Virus record (IMG/VR): IMGVR_UViG_3300030100_000755
Span: 1-64,000 of that record
Origin: a virus
Lineage: Duplodnaviria; Caudoviricetes
Length of the DNA stretch: 64,000 bases
Strand: one strand, 5' to 3'
The notes under the pieces were generated by a model. It saw only the letters and a program-made list of their open reading frames with translations. It had not been told where the DNA came from and made no database searches. This document shows positions 17,931-27,145 of this stretch, piece by piece (the first letter of the stretch is position 1; every line of letters begins with the position of its first letter). The position numbers and the translations under genes are program-made.

Positions 17931-18955
17931 AATTTATTATCCTTTTCCCATTGGTTAATCATATCTGTATAAGGTTGTGGTACTAAATCATCCCTACCCT
18001 TACGCATGTAAGCAAGGTTTAGTGTTTCCATTATAAAGTCTTTCCAGCTCCCCACAGCGCGTTCTCCGTCCTTATTTACATAGTCATAGACTAACCCATA
18101 CTTCTTGTAATAAAGTAAACACACTTCGCTCACAGCGTCATATAATTGGTCTACTGGTTGGTTATTGAATGGTGCTAATGTTTCATGTGCTTTAGTTTTA
18201 CCCACACGATCTATACCGCTATAATTATCAGCAGTATCACCTGTAATTAATTGGCCTAGTAAAAACAAATGTCCTAAACCAGTAAGCTTTAATGATGTTT
18301 CTTCAACGTAACCTAATGTATCGGGATCAGACCAAACAGGTACATCGTGATAGTCAGGGTAATACACCCAACAACCAACACACTGAAGCCCGTCTTTTTC
18401 ATTCTGTATCAATACGTTAGTTGGTTTACGCTGTGATAACCCACATACAATATCATCTGTTTCTACATCACCAGTGGAACGCTTGTGATTAGGCATCGTG
18501 AGAACATATTTGCGTAACTGGTCTAAGTGGTAAGGTTTTGCTGCTTCTTTGCGATTACCTTTATATGGTTTACGTAGGCTAAGTTTATGTCGAAAATTCT
18601 CTAAACCCGTTTTCTTACTAACATAACAAGTGTAAGTGTCAGCGCCAGATTGTTTCAAATAACGCATTAATAATTTCTTATACGTTTTTACAGCTTCTTG
18701 AAATTCACCAATGTGTAATCTTTCTTTGCGAACGAGTTTAGTAACGTCACCCTCATAACCAAATTCAACATCAGCACCCATTATCTCACATTCTTCTAAC
18801 CAATTCTTAGCTGACTTGGCTTTACTGAATGAACCTACTTCATTACCTTCTTCATCAACAAAATAATATTCAATTTGTTGCGCAGAACTAGCAGCAGGGA
18901 ATATGAGCAGATCAGAATCCACATAAGCATGTTTAATCTTTTTTGGTTTCATCAT
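17927..18955 (-). CDS. 5'-3' exonuclease (T7 gp6/FEN-like)
   Basis: YVDSD, NFR, PYKGNR, ETDDI, KDGLQ, GDTADNYSGI; the annotated extra N-terminus is the upstream terminator. Confidence 0.88.
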   Translation of the reverse strand: MMKPKKIKHAYVDSDLLIFPAASSAQQIEYYFVDEEGNEVGSFSKAKSAKNWLEECEIMGADVEFGYEGDVTKLVRKERLHIGEFQEAVKTYKKLLMRYLKQSGADTYTCYVSKKTGLENFRHKLSLRKPYKGNRKEAAKPYHLDQLRKYVLTMPNHKRSTGDVETDDIVCGLSQRKPTNVLIQNEKDGLQCVGCWVYYPDYHDVPVWSDPDTLGYVEETSLKLTGLGHLFLLGQLITGDTADNYSGIDRVGKTKAHETLAPFNNQPVDQLYDAVSEVCLLYYKKYGLVYDYVNKDGERAVGSWKDFIMETLNLAYMRKGRDDLVPQPYTDMINQWEKDNKL

Positions 18956-18967
18956 ACCTCCGATAGT

Positions 18968-18992
18968 AAAAGGGGCAGCACAAGGCCGCCCC
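18968..18992 (-). terminator. Intrinsic terminator after SSB
   Basis: GGGGCGGC-CTTGT-GCTGCCCC-TTTT. Confidence 0.75.
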
Positions 18993-19017
18993 ATTAATTA
19001 ATCAATACTATTGCGTA

Positions 19018-19674
19018 TTAATATTCGTCATCATCAGCTTCATCTTCTGTATCAAATGGTGGTACTTCATCATCGTCAACAGCCAACTCAGGGTCAATGT
19101 CATCACGCTTCTTAGAGTTACCTGTGCTATAAGTAACGCCCAATACATCATCTTCAATCTCACCAGATGACTCATAAGGAATGAGATCTAGGACTTGCAC
19201 TAGGTTAAGCTGCATGTTCCACTCACCATCTTGGTTCTGATAAGCGCTACATTTAACTGTAACTGTACTACCGTTACCAATTAGATCATCAATATCTTCA
19301 CCTTTCTTGTTAATAACCTTAACAAAGCGAGGTTTACCTTTTTTGCTGAACTCAGGGCATGATAGACCAAACCCAAATAGACCTTCACAATCAGGGTATT
19401 TCTCAGTAGGATATTTAAACTTACCACGGTTCGGGCCTTTCTTGAGTTTATCAACACCAACCTCGGCAAACACCTTAGCACTATTTACTGGTAGGTCTAG
19501 TAGTGCTTCTTTAGATTGCTCATCAATGAATAGTTGAACACTAAACTCACGCTCACCTTCTTCACCCTTATACTTGTCTTGTGGCTCATAAACTTTAGCG
19601 TAATAAACCTTAGCATTCTTGATGTAGATTGATGAGAATTGACCGTCTTGCTTTAAAATAACATTCTTAGACAT
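19018..19674 (-). CDS. Single-stranded DNA-binding protein (T7 gp2.5-like)
   Basis: YYAKVYEP, IGNGSTV, LNLVQVLDL, acidic tail ending in aromatic residue. Confidence 0.78.
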   Translation of the reverse strand: MSKNVILKQDGQFSSIYIKNAKVYYAKVYEPQDKYKGEEGEREFSVQLFIDEQSKEALLDLPVNSAKVFAEVGVDKLKKGPNRGKFKYPTEKYPDCEGLFGFGLSCPEFSKKGKPRFVKVINKKGEDIDDLIGNGSTVTVKCSAYQNQDGEWNMQLNLVQVLDLIPYESSGEIEDDVLGVTYSTGNSKKRDDIDPELAVDDDEVPPFDTEDEADDDEY

Positions 19675-19744
19675 ATAATGTCCTCCTTTTTACTATTGAA
19701 ATTTCAACATGAATTTAATGTGAGTCGTCAAATCCATGTTGTGT

Positions 19745-19773
19745 ATATTAATGTGTTTAATTTTGATTGTCAA
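19745..19773 (-). promoter_or_regulatory. Sigma70-type promoter for SSB
   Basis: TTGACA-17 nt-TAATAT. Confidence 0.7.
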
Positions 19774-20726
19774 ATAGTTTTTCGCAATTTTTTCATATAT
19801 TTTTGATGATACCGAAATGCATGAATATTATAGTCTTTTATTTCGGTATTACCTTTTCGATATTCCCTGATCGCCAGTATAGATTTCATGTTGTTATACT
19901 CAAAGCTAAACTTAATAGACTTTAGCGGATAGAAGTGGTATCGAATAACAATTATATTATCTTTTAAATACTGTTCTGTAAACCCCCTTCTGAAATATAT
20001 TTGCCCCATCTTAGCAACAGAGTGTGTAGCCATAACAGGTTTATCGTAATAACCCACACCTTGTTCCTCCCTAGCTTTAGGTATAATGTATTTACCCACC
20101 AATTTGTCATAGGTAGCATAACAAGTACGCTTATACTTCATACCGAAACCAAAATCCCGGTTAAACCAAAATGTAGGATTGTCATCACGGAAATGAGCAT
20201 ATATGGTTTTATGTCCCATAGGTACAGCCATACCATATATCTTCCACATCTTGTCATAATCCCACGACAATGATTTTAAATGTTCAGTTAATGCTCGAAA
20301 TACACCACCTGTTGTGAATGTGTAATGTTTATTCTTAGCAAGTAGACCTTTGTGATTCAGTAATCCAATCTTAGGGTTCTGATGCTTCAACATAAACGCC
20401 ATTGTTGGTTTATGCTCAGGAGGCACTCTACGCCATACATCCTTGTCTATTAGCTTACGGTAATCCTCAATTTCGTCTATATCCCACTGACCTTCCCATC
20501 TTTCAAATGGGTCATGGTCAACATGAATATGTGGTATTAACTTACCTTCATGTTGAACATCGTACTCCCCTATAAGCTCACCCATTTCATCACTCATGTA
20601 TCTAAATTCATTTAGCCTATGTAAATGACCATTTTTATTTTTAAGCTCCAAATAATAAGCGCGGGGTTTTCGTTCCTCTGTCATTTTGTGCCAGTATTCA
20701 GGATCGTGTTTAGTTAACTTTGTCAT
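19770..20726 (-). CDS. Uncharacterised basic, aromatic-rich protein (318 aa)
   Basis: Long ORF coupled to the polymerase by ATGA; no motif recognised. Confidence 0.75.
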   Translation of the reverse strand: MTKLTKHDPEYWHKMTEERKPRAYYLELKNKNGHLHRLNEFRYMSDEMGELIGEYDVQHEGKLIPHIHVDHDPFERWEGQWDIDEIEDYRKLIDKDVWRRVPPEHKPTMAFMLKHQNPKIGLLNHKGLLAKNKHYTFTTGGVFRALTEHLKSLSWDYDKMWKIYGMAVPMGHKTIYAHFRDDNPTFWFNRDFGFGMKYKRTCYATYDKLVGKYIIPKAREEQGVGYYDKPVMATHSVAKMGQIYFRRGFTEQYLKDNIIVIRYHFYPLKSIKFSFEYNNMKSILAIREYRKGNTEIKDYNIHAFRYHQKYMKKLRKTI

Positions 20727-22933
20727 GCACCTACACCCTCTACGAGTTTCTTAGCTTCACTAATATAGTAATCATAATTAATATCCCAATCAAACTGCTT
20801 CATATTATTACACGTTTTAGCAAGCCATGATGCATCAATACCAAACTCCCTTTCTTTCTCAGGATCTTTAGGTACAGGGGGCATAATTTTAACTAGTTTA
20901 CCACCATTATTAGCAATATAATAACGTGTGATGTTCTGTTGTAATTCTGTATTAATCAACTCACCGTCACTATCATAATAACGCAATTCCAACCTACTAC
21001 TACGAGGTACTTTTGTTCTAAGCATGAAATCAAATGGGTCTTTACATTTCTTAATTGTATGCTCAACAGGGATACCCTCAGTGATACAACGAACAGCAGC
21101 CTCGCGAATAATTAGGGCAGACTTATTCTGATGCATATCTAAACCCTGACCACTAGGATGAGTGTGAGCATCACGATATTCATATCTACCATTCATTTTC
21201 AAATCACCACTATCATATTGAGCAATATAGTTGTTCACATCAGCAATAGCCATCATCTTATATGTGACTTTTTCCATTTCAAGACCACACACTTTATCCC
21301 AATCACTAACAATCTTATCAACTAATTCAGCGTCACTTCTTTTAATGTAAACAGTAAGACCGTCAGTGTTACATTGAATCATTTCTAAGTCTTTAACTTG
21401 CGTTACTAATTTCTCGACCAAGTTTGTTAGCGTAAGTTGACCCAATACCGTACAGTTTATTGTACTTTGTGGATCATAGAACACACTGTATTTGTTATTA
21501 GTATTACCATACACCGAGTTAAGTGCGAGTTTATATGCTAAGTTAAGATTACTACCTTTGGGATGCTTCTTACGCTCCAAATACAAGTCTTTATAAATAT
21601 CACAAAATTCCTCACCCAAATGTTCAGGGTGAATTTTATTCGATATGAATATATTAGGGTACATTGACGCATAATCGTAATCCACAATAATATACTCATC
21701 GTTAGAATAATATGTTTTATTTTCAACAGATGCGTGAATGCCACCCGTACCATAAACTAAAGTAAAACCATTAATAACAATGTTAAGGGTCTCAGTCATT
21801 CGCCAATTAAATGACCAAGTAGTCTTACCAGATTTAAGATAATTTCGCTTAACCCAACCCATAGGGTGTAACTTCATTAATTCATCAATATCCTTTTGAT
21901 TTGGTTCACCATATAGTTCATTCTCAGTCTTAATTCGCTCATCATCAGATAAGTCAGTTTTAAGTTTATCAAGATAAGGTTTACGAATTTCACGACCTTT
22001 TAATTCCTTAGTTTTTAACTTAACTGACTTGATTTCCATTTCACAATACTTAGCAAGTTCACCCAAGTTATGCTCTTCAATATCAGAGAACACGCCTTTG
22101 GTTTCAGTAATCTTTTGCTTACGTAACCAAGTCATTAGTGCTTTAAATTGCGGTAACTCAAAATCAATGTAATCTAATTTAAGATCATTAAAATCAATGA
22201 ACTTCCTTTTAGTCTGACGCATGACTTTTTTACCATCTGGTAAGGTCTTGTAACAGGAATCGGGATTCTCACTCTCTAATTGCATCTGGAAGAATTGATT
22301 ACCTATTTTACTATCATTAAAATTAGTGAAGTCAATACCATATTTCTCAGTAAGCTCTTTACGTAAATTAATCGCCTCTTGCATCTTAGGTGAATTGTAA
22401 AACTTCAATGTTTCCATAACATCGTGCTTGTTGTATTCAATCAACTTATCAATTTGCTCACCAGTTAGAATACTACCAACATCATAAGGTAAGTCCTCGA
22501 TGTTCTCAGAACGACTATTAAACTCAATCATTTTCAAACTAGTAGCTTTTGCCTTATTGTCGTAATGATTGATTTTGTATAAATCCAACTGTTTCAACCA
22601 CTCCTTGTTTTTAGGTACTAAGTGTTTAAACTTATCACCATTGTTACCATCTTCAATAATTTCTTGCGCATACTCAAATATTTCAAGTGGTGTGGTAATT
22701 TCTTTACGTAACCACTTGTGTAGTATTGGACTATCAAAACCTACTGAATTGAAACCAACCATTACTGTTTTATTTTTATAAATATGACCAAGATGCTTGC
22801 GCAAACGCTTTGAATCATCTTTCCTGTCTGATATTTCAAACACATAAATCTTGCGCTTGTTGGGGTCAATAAAGACCCCTGTAAACGCGTTTGGGTACGT
22901 TTCCAAATCGTAAGCCACGATATCACTCATCAA
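20723..22933 (-). CDS. Family-B-type DNA polymerase with 3'-5' exonuclease
   Basis: YDLET, GFNSVGFD, YNKHDV; DYASMYP, KLALNSVYG, CNTDG. Confidence 0.9.
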   Translation of the reverse strand: MMSDIVAYDLETYPNAFTGVFIDPNKRKIYVFEISDRKDDSKRLRKHLGHIYKNKTVMVGFNSVGFDSPILHKWLRKEITTPLEIFEYAQEIIEDGNNGDKFKHLVPKNKEWLKQLDLYKINHYDNKAKATSLKMIEFNSRSENIEDLPYDVGSILTGEQIDKLIEYNKHDVMETLKFYNSPKMQEAINLRKELTEKYGIDFTNFNDSKIGNQFFQMQLESENPDSCYKTLPDGKKVMRQTKRKFIDFNDLKLDYIDFELPQFKALMTWLRKQKITETKGVFSDIEEHNLGELAKYCEMEIKSVKLKTKELKGREIRKPYLDKLKTDLSDDERIKTENELYGEPNQKDIDELMKLHPMGWVKRNYLKSGKTTWSFNWRMTETLNIVINGFTLVYGTGGIHASVENKTYYSNDEYIIVDYDYASMYPNIFISNKIHPEHLGEEFCDIYKDLYLERKKHPKGSNLNLAYKLALNSVYGNTNNKYSVFYDPQSTINCTVLGQLTLTNLVEKLVTQVKDLEMIQCNTDGLTVYIKRSDAELVDKIVSDWDKVCGLEMEKVTYKMMAIADVNNYIAQYDSGDLKMNGRYEYRDAHTHPSGQGLDMHQNKSALIIREAAVRCITEGIPVEHTIKKCKDPFDFMLRTKVPRSSRLELRYYDSDGELINTELQQNITRYYIANNGGKLVKIMPPVPKDPEKEREFGIDASWLAKTCNNMKQFDWDINYDYYISEAKKLVEGVGA

Positions 22934-24815
22934 TTACCTCCCAATCGTGTTCTTCTTGTTTTACATCATAATCACTGTCATCAATAATGTCATTACTTTC
23001 ACCAAATAAGATTGGGTCTGGCTCATCATTCTCAATATAAGGATTATTAGTTGGGTAAAAATGCGTAGTGTCATTATCATAGCGAACCCAACCAGCTTCA
23101 CCAGTAAGACCTGTCCTACGACACTTAACCAATAACAGCCTAGTAGAGTTACGCTTGTTAGGATCATCACTAAGCTTATCACGACTAAATAAAACAGTGT
23201 TAAATGCAATCTGGTTAATACTACTGCTACCTAACAATGAATACTCACTGATGTTATGGGGGTCATCAGAATCAGGTTTACGCATGTGACTAACAAGAAT
23301 AACAGCGGTATCAGTCTTTTTAGCAAATTTCAACACTCTATCCATGAAATCAATGATTGCGCTATTATCAGACGAGTTAACACCAGCTTGTAACGGGTCA
23401 AAAATTATTACATCCGCGCATTCAACCTCAGCAAGATAGTGAAACTTATCAAATATATCTTCTGTACTACACGCACCCTGATGGTCTACGAACGCAAACT
23501 GATCTTTACTTGCTAATGAGTTCATATAACGATTGCGTAATTGCGTCATGTTTAATTCAGACCTATCAGCAAGACGTAAGTTAACTCTCATATCAAGACT
23601 CATTAAATCACGAACAATTTCACGCTTAGTACCCTCTAAGTAGAACGCACCTACTTTAAATTTAGTGTTGTCAATTAAATGGTAAACAATATTGTTGATA
23701 ATACTTGTCTTACCAATTGATGTATATGCACCCAACACAGTGATTTCACCTTTTTCAATACCACCACCTAATTTATCATTCAATAATGACATTGAAGCTG
23801 GAAAAGGTATTTTAGTGTTTAAGTCCTCTTTCTCAAAATCCTCCCACATTTCAGATAAATGTAGGACATCGACAGGGCTATAACGTTCAGCCTTGAAATA
23901 TGCTGATTTAATTTGCTCCCACTCACCTCGCTTTGAATGCTCACAAGCATCTTTACGCTTATACTTCGCAATCTTTGCTTGCCCTGCTTTCATTATCTTA
24001 GCAATCTTTTCAGCACCTTCACGACCAGCATCGTCTTGGTCATACATAATGATTACACTTTCAAATGAACTCAACCATTCATAATTAGCACGAATTTGAG
24101 CAACAGCACTTTCACCACACTGTGTTGATACGACAGGGGTAATGAACTTGCTAACTTTCATCACCTTTTTACCAAGTTCTGAATTAAATACTTTCTCAGT
24201 ATTAAGGGCAGTGAATACAGCACGAGCATCTGCTTGACCAGAACACAGAACAACAAACTTACCGCCTTTCTCAAACTTATTCTGACCAAACAACTTCGTG
24301 GAAGCACGAACATCACCCACTGAATAGAATGGAGCACCTTGTACTTTCTTACCTTCATTTTTGGCTTTCTTTACTGCGTCATTACGAACATGATAACCTA
24401 CTAATTGGTCTTTCTGATTATAAGCAGGGCAATATTCTTTAACTAGTTCTTTGTTAGCACCATCACCCTTAACGTCAGAACGAACACCATAAAACTCATT
24501 AACTAGGGCTGGTATTTTACGCTCAGGCCAACCGTGAATCTTCTTATTACCAATAAATTCTAATTGCTCTTGAATTTCTTCTGTTAACACGTAACCTTTT
24601 TTATTGCTAGAAGATGATACAGCCTCAACCAACACTTCATTAGCGCCATCAGTAACACCAAGCTCTTTCAATTCTTTAGGTTTCATATAACCACAATTTG
24701 ACCAACAATTACCATCAACATGATTCTCTTTCTGATACAACGCCAAAGGATCTGAACCACCACATTTAGGACAAGCGAAATGACCAATCAATTCACCTTG
24801 TTCTAGTTCTTCCAT
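22923..24815 (-). CDS. T7 gp4-like primase-helicase
   Basis: CPKC..C..C Zn finger, TOPRIM YDQDDAG, GAYTSIGKT, IFDPLQ, LVSHMRK, GSSSINQ, KCRRTG. Confidence 0.92.
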   Translation of the reverse strand: MEELEQGELIGHFACPKCGGSDPLALYQKENHVDGNCWSNCGYMKPKELKELGVTDGANEVLVEAVSSSSNKKGYVLTEEIQEQLEFIGNKKIHGWPERKIPALVNEFYGVRSDVKGDGANKELVKEYCPAYNQKDQLVGYHVRNDAVKKAKNEGKKVQGAPFYSVGDVRASTKLFGQNKFEKGGKFVVLCSGQADARAVFTALNTEKVFNSELGKKVMKVSKFITPVVSTQCGESAVAQIRANYEWLSSFESVIIMYDQDDAGREGAEKIAKIMKAGQAKIAKYKRKDACEHSKRGEWEQIKSAYFKAERYSPVDVLHLSEMWEDFEKEDLNTKIPFPASMSLLNDKLGGGIEKGEITVLGAYTSIGKTSIINNIVYHLIDNTKFKVGAFYLEGTKREIVRDLMSLDMRVNLRLADRSELNMTQLRNRYMNSLASKDQFAFVDHQGACSTEDIFDKFHYLAEVECADVIIFDPLQAGVNSSDNSAIIDFMDRVLKFAKKTDTAVILVSHMRKPDSDDPHNISEYSLLGSSSINQIAFNTVLFSRDKLSDDPNKRNSTRLLLVKCRRTGLTGEAGWVRYDNDTTHFYPTNNPYIENDEPDPILFGESNDIIDDSDYDVKQEEHDWEVIDE

Positions 24816-24838
24816 ATATTACCTCCAAGTTTAGATGT

Positions 24839-24862
24839 GTGTCTAAAAACCTTATATTATAC
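24839..24862 (+). promoter_or_regulatory. Putative late promoter motif (terS)
   Basis: GTGTCTAAAAACC, shared with motifs before terL, portal, tail fibre and protease. Confidence 0.45.
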
Positions 24863-24890
24863 AGATTTCCAATATAGGTCAAGACATTTT

Positions 24891-25403
24891 ATGAATACAA
24901 AAATCACCACGCGATTACCCACTCTGACTAAACCGAGGCAAGAAAAGTTCCTAGAGTTATTGTCTAAGACAGGTAATATGTCACGCTCTGCTGCTGAATT
25001 AGGACTAAGTTATAGCACAGTATCATCACTCATGTCAAAGGATGAGTATTTTAAAGAGATGGTACAAATTGCTAAGGCTAAGTATTTAGGTAAGCTTGAG
25101 GACACGGCTTATAAACGCGCTGTGGATGGCGTAGAGGAGAATGTGTATTTCCAAGGGCAGATTATCGACACTAAGACAAACTACTCTGATAAGCTGTTAG
25201 AGACACTATTAAAGGCTGCTTCACCAGATAAATATGGTGCTAAGAATAACAACCAAACAAACAACACATTAATCGTAACAGACAGTGATAGTACTGTTGC
25301 AGCACTAGAGAAATTCTTGAAGATTAAAGATGATGATAAATCTGAGGAATCTGAGGATGGTGGTGACGATGATGTGATTGACGGAGAATATAGTGAAGAA
25401 TAA
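24891..25403 (+). CDS. terS: Terminase small subunit
   Basis: QEKFLELLSKTGNMSRSA HTH, KRAVDGVEENVYFQG, YSDKLLETLLKA; acidic tail. Confidence 0.8.
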   Translation: MNTKITTRLPTLTKPRQEKFLELLSKTGNMSRSAAELGLSYSTVSSLMSKDEYFKEMVQIAKAKYLGKLEDTAYKRAVDGVEENVYFQGQIIDTKTNYSDKLLETLLKAASPDKYGAKNNNQTNNTLIVTDSDSTVAALEKFLKIKDDDKSEESEDGGDDDVIDGEYSEE

Positions 25404-25418
25404 GAAATGGTCTAATAA

Positions 25419-25646
25419 TCATTTCTTACACCCCATATCTTCATAAAGCTGGTCTTGTTCATCTATTCGTAATAACAAAGGAATAAGGTCAGCCTTGATA
25501 GCCTTGTCTATTTCAACATTAGTGGGTTTAATTTGCTCAGCAACTAAGCAGTAATCAGTGGTTGTTACGCTTACGCATCCGCTCAATACGTTCAGCATCA
25601 GACAACTCACCACTATCTTGCCTAGACTCTTTAGCTTTAGATACAT
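25419..25646 (-). CDS. o-spanin (Rz1-like lipoprotein)
   Basis: Lipobox VLSGC; overlaps the i-spanin 3' end in another frame. Confidence 0.75.
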   Translation of the reverse strand: MYLKLKSLGKIVVSCLMLNVLSGCVSVTTTDYCLVAEQIKPTNVEIDKAIKADLIPLLLRIDEQDQLYEDMGCKK

Positions 25647-25779
25647 TATCTATGACCCCCTCTTGTTGCTTAACACGCTCTTTATTCTTACCTGATTTAA
25701 CAGCTTCATATAAGATAAAGCCAAACAATAAAAGCATTAATAGTACACCATATATCCATGACTTTATCTTATTTAACAT
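25555..25779 (-). CDS. i-spanin (Rz-like)
   Basis: N-terminal TM plus periplasmic coiled coil, downstream of the endolysin. Confidence 0.75.
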   Translation of the reverse strand: MLNKIKSWIYGVLLMLLLFGFILYEAVKSGKNKERVKQQEGVIDNVSKAKESRQDSGELSDAERIERMRKRNNH

Positions 25780-25782
25780 ATT

Positions 25783-25989
25783 TTATGCCTTATCTTTTGG
25801 CTTAGCATTACCAACGTTAATAGCAAATACGTTAGCTATTGATCTAATAAAATCTAATACTTTACCAACGGCGTTGTCATCTTTCTTAGTTGGAGTTAAA
25901 GCGGCAATAGCAGATGCAGCAGTAACCAACATAAAGATGGCGTTTAACCAAGCTGGTAAATCTTCAACAAACTTTAGTAACTCATTCAT
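25783..25989 (-). CDS. Small holin-like membrane protein
   Basis: TM helix followed by TPTKKDD; position between endolysin and spanins. Confidence 0.55.
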   Translation of the reverse strand: MNELLKFVEDLPAWLNAIFMLVTAASAIAALTPTKKDDNAVGKVLDFIRSIANVFAINVGNAKPKDKA

Positions 25990-26005
25990 AACTTATAACC
26001 TCATT

Positions 26006-26395
26006 TTAATGTGTAATTTTTAATACCCAACTTTCATCACCAAAATACTTCATTATTTTAAGTAATGCTTTCTTGCTGTCAACACCCATATACTCCTCAC
26101 CACCAATTTGTTTTAACTTCATACATGGTGCAATACAACCAGCAAGTTGTTGTACATAATTAGCGGGGTGTAATTCTATTGCAAATCTAGGCGCTACTTG
26201 TTCATCCCTAACTCTATAATATTGCCAACGCCCAGTAACATCCCTATCTATAATATAGACACCTTCAGGTATGCAAGAAACATTAGATTCGTTATTTAAC
26301 CACGGCCTTTCTAGTGTAAAGATTTCATCACCATTAGGTAATATAATAACACCAGTAGTACAACTCTCATGGTATTTACGCCTAAGTGTCAGCAT
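26006..26395 (-). CDS. DUF5675-family putative endolysin
   Basis: TLERPWLNN, SCIPEGVY, IELHPAN, GCIAP; lysis-cassette context. Confidence 0.72.
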   Translation of the reverse strand: MLTLRRKYHESCTTGVIILPNGDEIFTLERPWLNNESNVSCIPEGVYIIDRDVTGRWQYYRVRDEQVAPRFAIELHPANYVQQLAGCIAPCMKLKQIGGEEYMGVDSKKALLKIMKYFGDESWVLKITH

Positions 26396-26834
26396 TTACC
26401 CTCCGCTCATATTTATCACGTATTCTTTCAGCATCTCGTTTCATTGGTAAGAATGCATCTTTAATACTTTTAATAAAATCGTGTCGATAAATAATATCAA
26501 TCAGTTCAGACTTATCAATAGGCTTGCGAATATAATCAATAACACCAAGATGTAATGTAGCAATGACATTCTCAGGATCATCACTTGCCGTTAAGAACAT
26601 GACAGGTATATCCCTCGTTAATGGATTTAGTTTCAAATCCTTACACAATGTAGTACCACTCTTATGAGGCATTTCATAATCGAGCAACACAAAAGATGGC
26701 TGCTCTTTCTGAATGACCTCTAGGGCTAATTCTGGATTTGATATACCAATACAATTATAACCAGCGCTTTCTAATTGATTGGTAAACATCTGTAAATCTA
26801 TGTCATTGTCATCTACAATTATAATTGTACTCAT
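26382..26834 (-). CDS. Stand-alone CheY-like response-regulator receiver domain
   Basis: IVDD (D8, D9), LLDYEMP (D52), DIPVMFLTA (T82), DYIRKP (Y101, K104); no output domain. Confidence 0.92.
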   Translation of the reverse strand: MSTIIIVDDNDIDLQMFTNQLESAGYNCIGISNPELALEVIQKEQPSFVLLDYEMPHKSGTTLCKDLKLNPLTRDIPVMFLTASDDPENVIATLHLGVIDYIRKPIDKSELIDIIYRHDFIKSIKDAFLPMKRDAERIRDKYERRVNADT

Positions 26835-27124
26835 TTGTTCGTCCTGTTCATTAAGTGAAGCATTAATCCGTCCATTCTTTTCTCTAAACTATTAGCTGCT
26901 TGTAATGAACTATCAGCTAATGATCTAGTATCACCCTTAATCCCTTCTACATCTTTCTTGATTGGGGTTAATGCACCATTAATCATCTTTTCTACTTCTT
27001 CACGACTAACAGACTCACTTGCTTTCTTGTTTAAGTTTTTGAGCGTATACCAAAACCACCCAAAAACCCCCGCCCCGATTAACGACACTATTGCCATTAT
27101 CGCATCCTGTATCGTTAACTCCAT
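26831..27124 (-). CDS. Single-TM holin/antiholin-like protein
   Basis: N-terminal TM (IMAIVSLIGAGVFGWFWY) plus coiled coil; first gene of lysis cassette. Confidence 0.6.
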   Translation of the reverse strand: MELTIQDAIMAIVSLIGAGVFGWFWYTLKNLNKKASESVSREEVEKMINGALTPIKKDVEGIKGDTRSLADSSLQAANSLEKRMDGLMLHLMNRTNK

Positions 27125-27145
27125 AATCTCCCCTTAATTATAAAT

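Noticed and set aside
19716-19728. 11-nt identity (AATGTGAGTCG) with the intron 3' region
   Set aside because: Matches of this length are expected by chance in 64 kb of AT-rich DNA.
15787-22933. Modified-base pathway (dZ, dU or 7-deazaguanine) suggested by MazG, HAD, dNMP kinase and an atypical polymerase
   Set aside because: No purZ, dCMP deaminase, dpdA, folE or que genes recognised in the window; two DNA methyltransferases imply ordinary bases.
25562-26023. 153-aa plus-strand ORF across the spanins, and other antisense or nested ORFs (for example 5788-6145, 16070-16525, 30039-31751, 39131-39511, 48833-49606, 55900-56262)
   Set aside because: They lie opposite or inside well-supported genes, lack RBS and motifs, and reflect codon bias of the sense strand.
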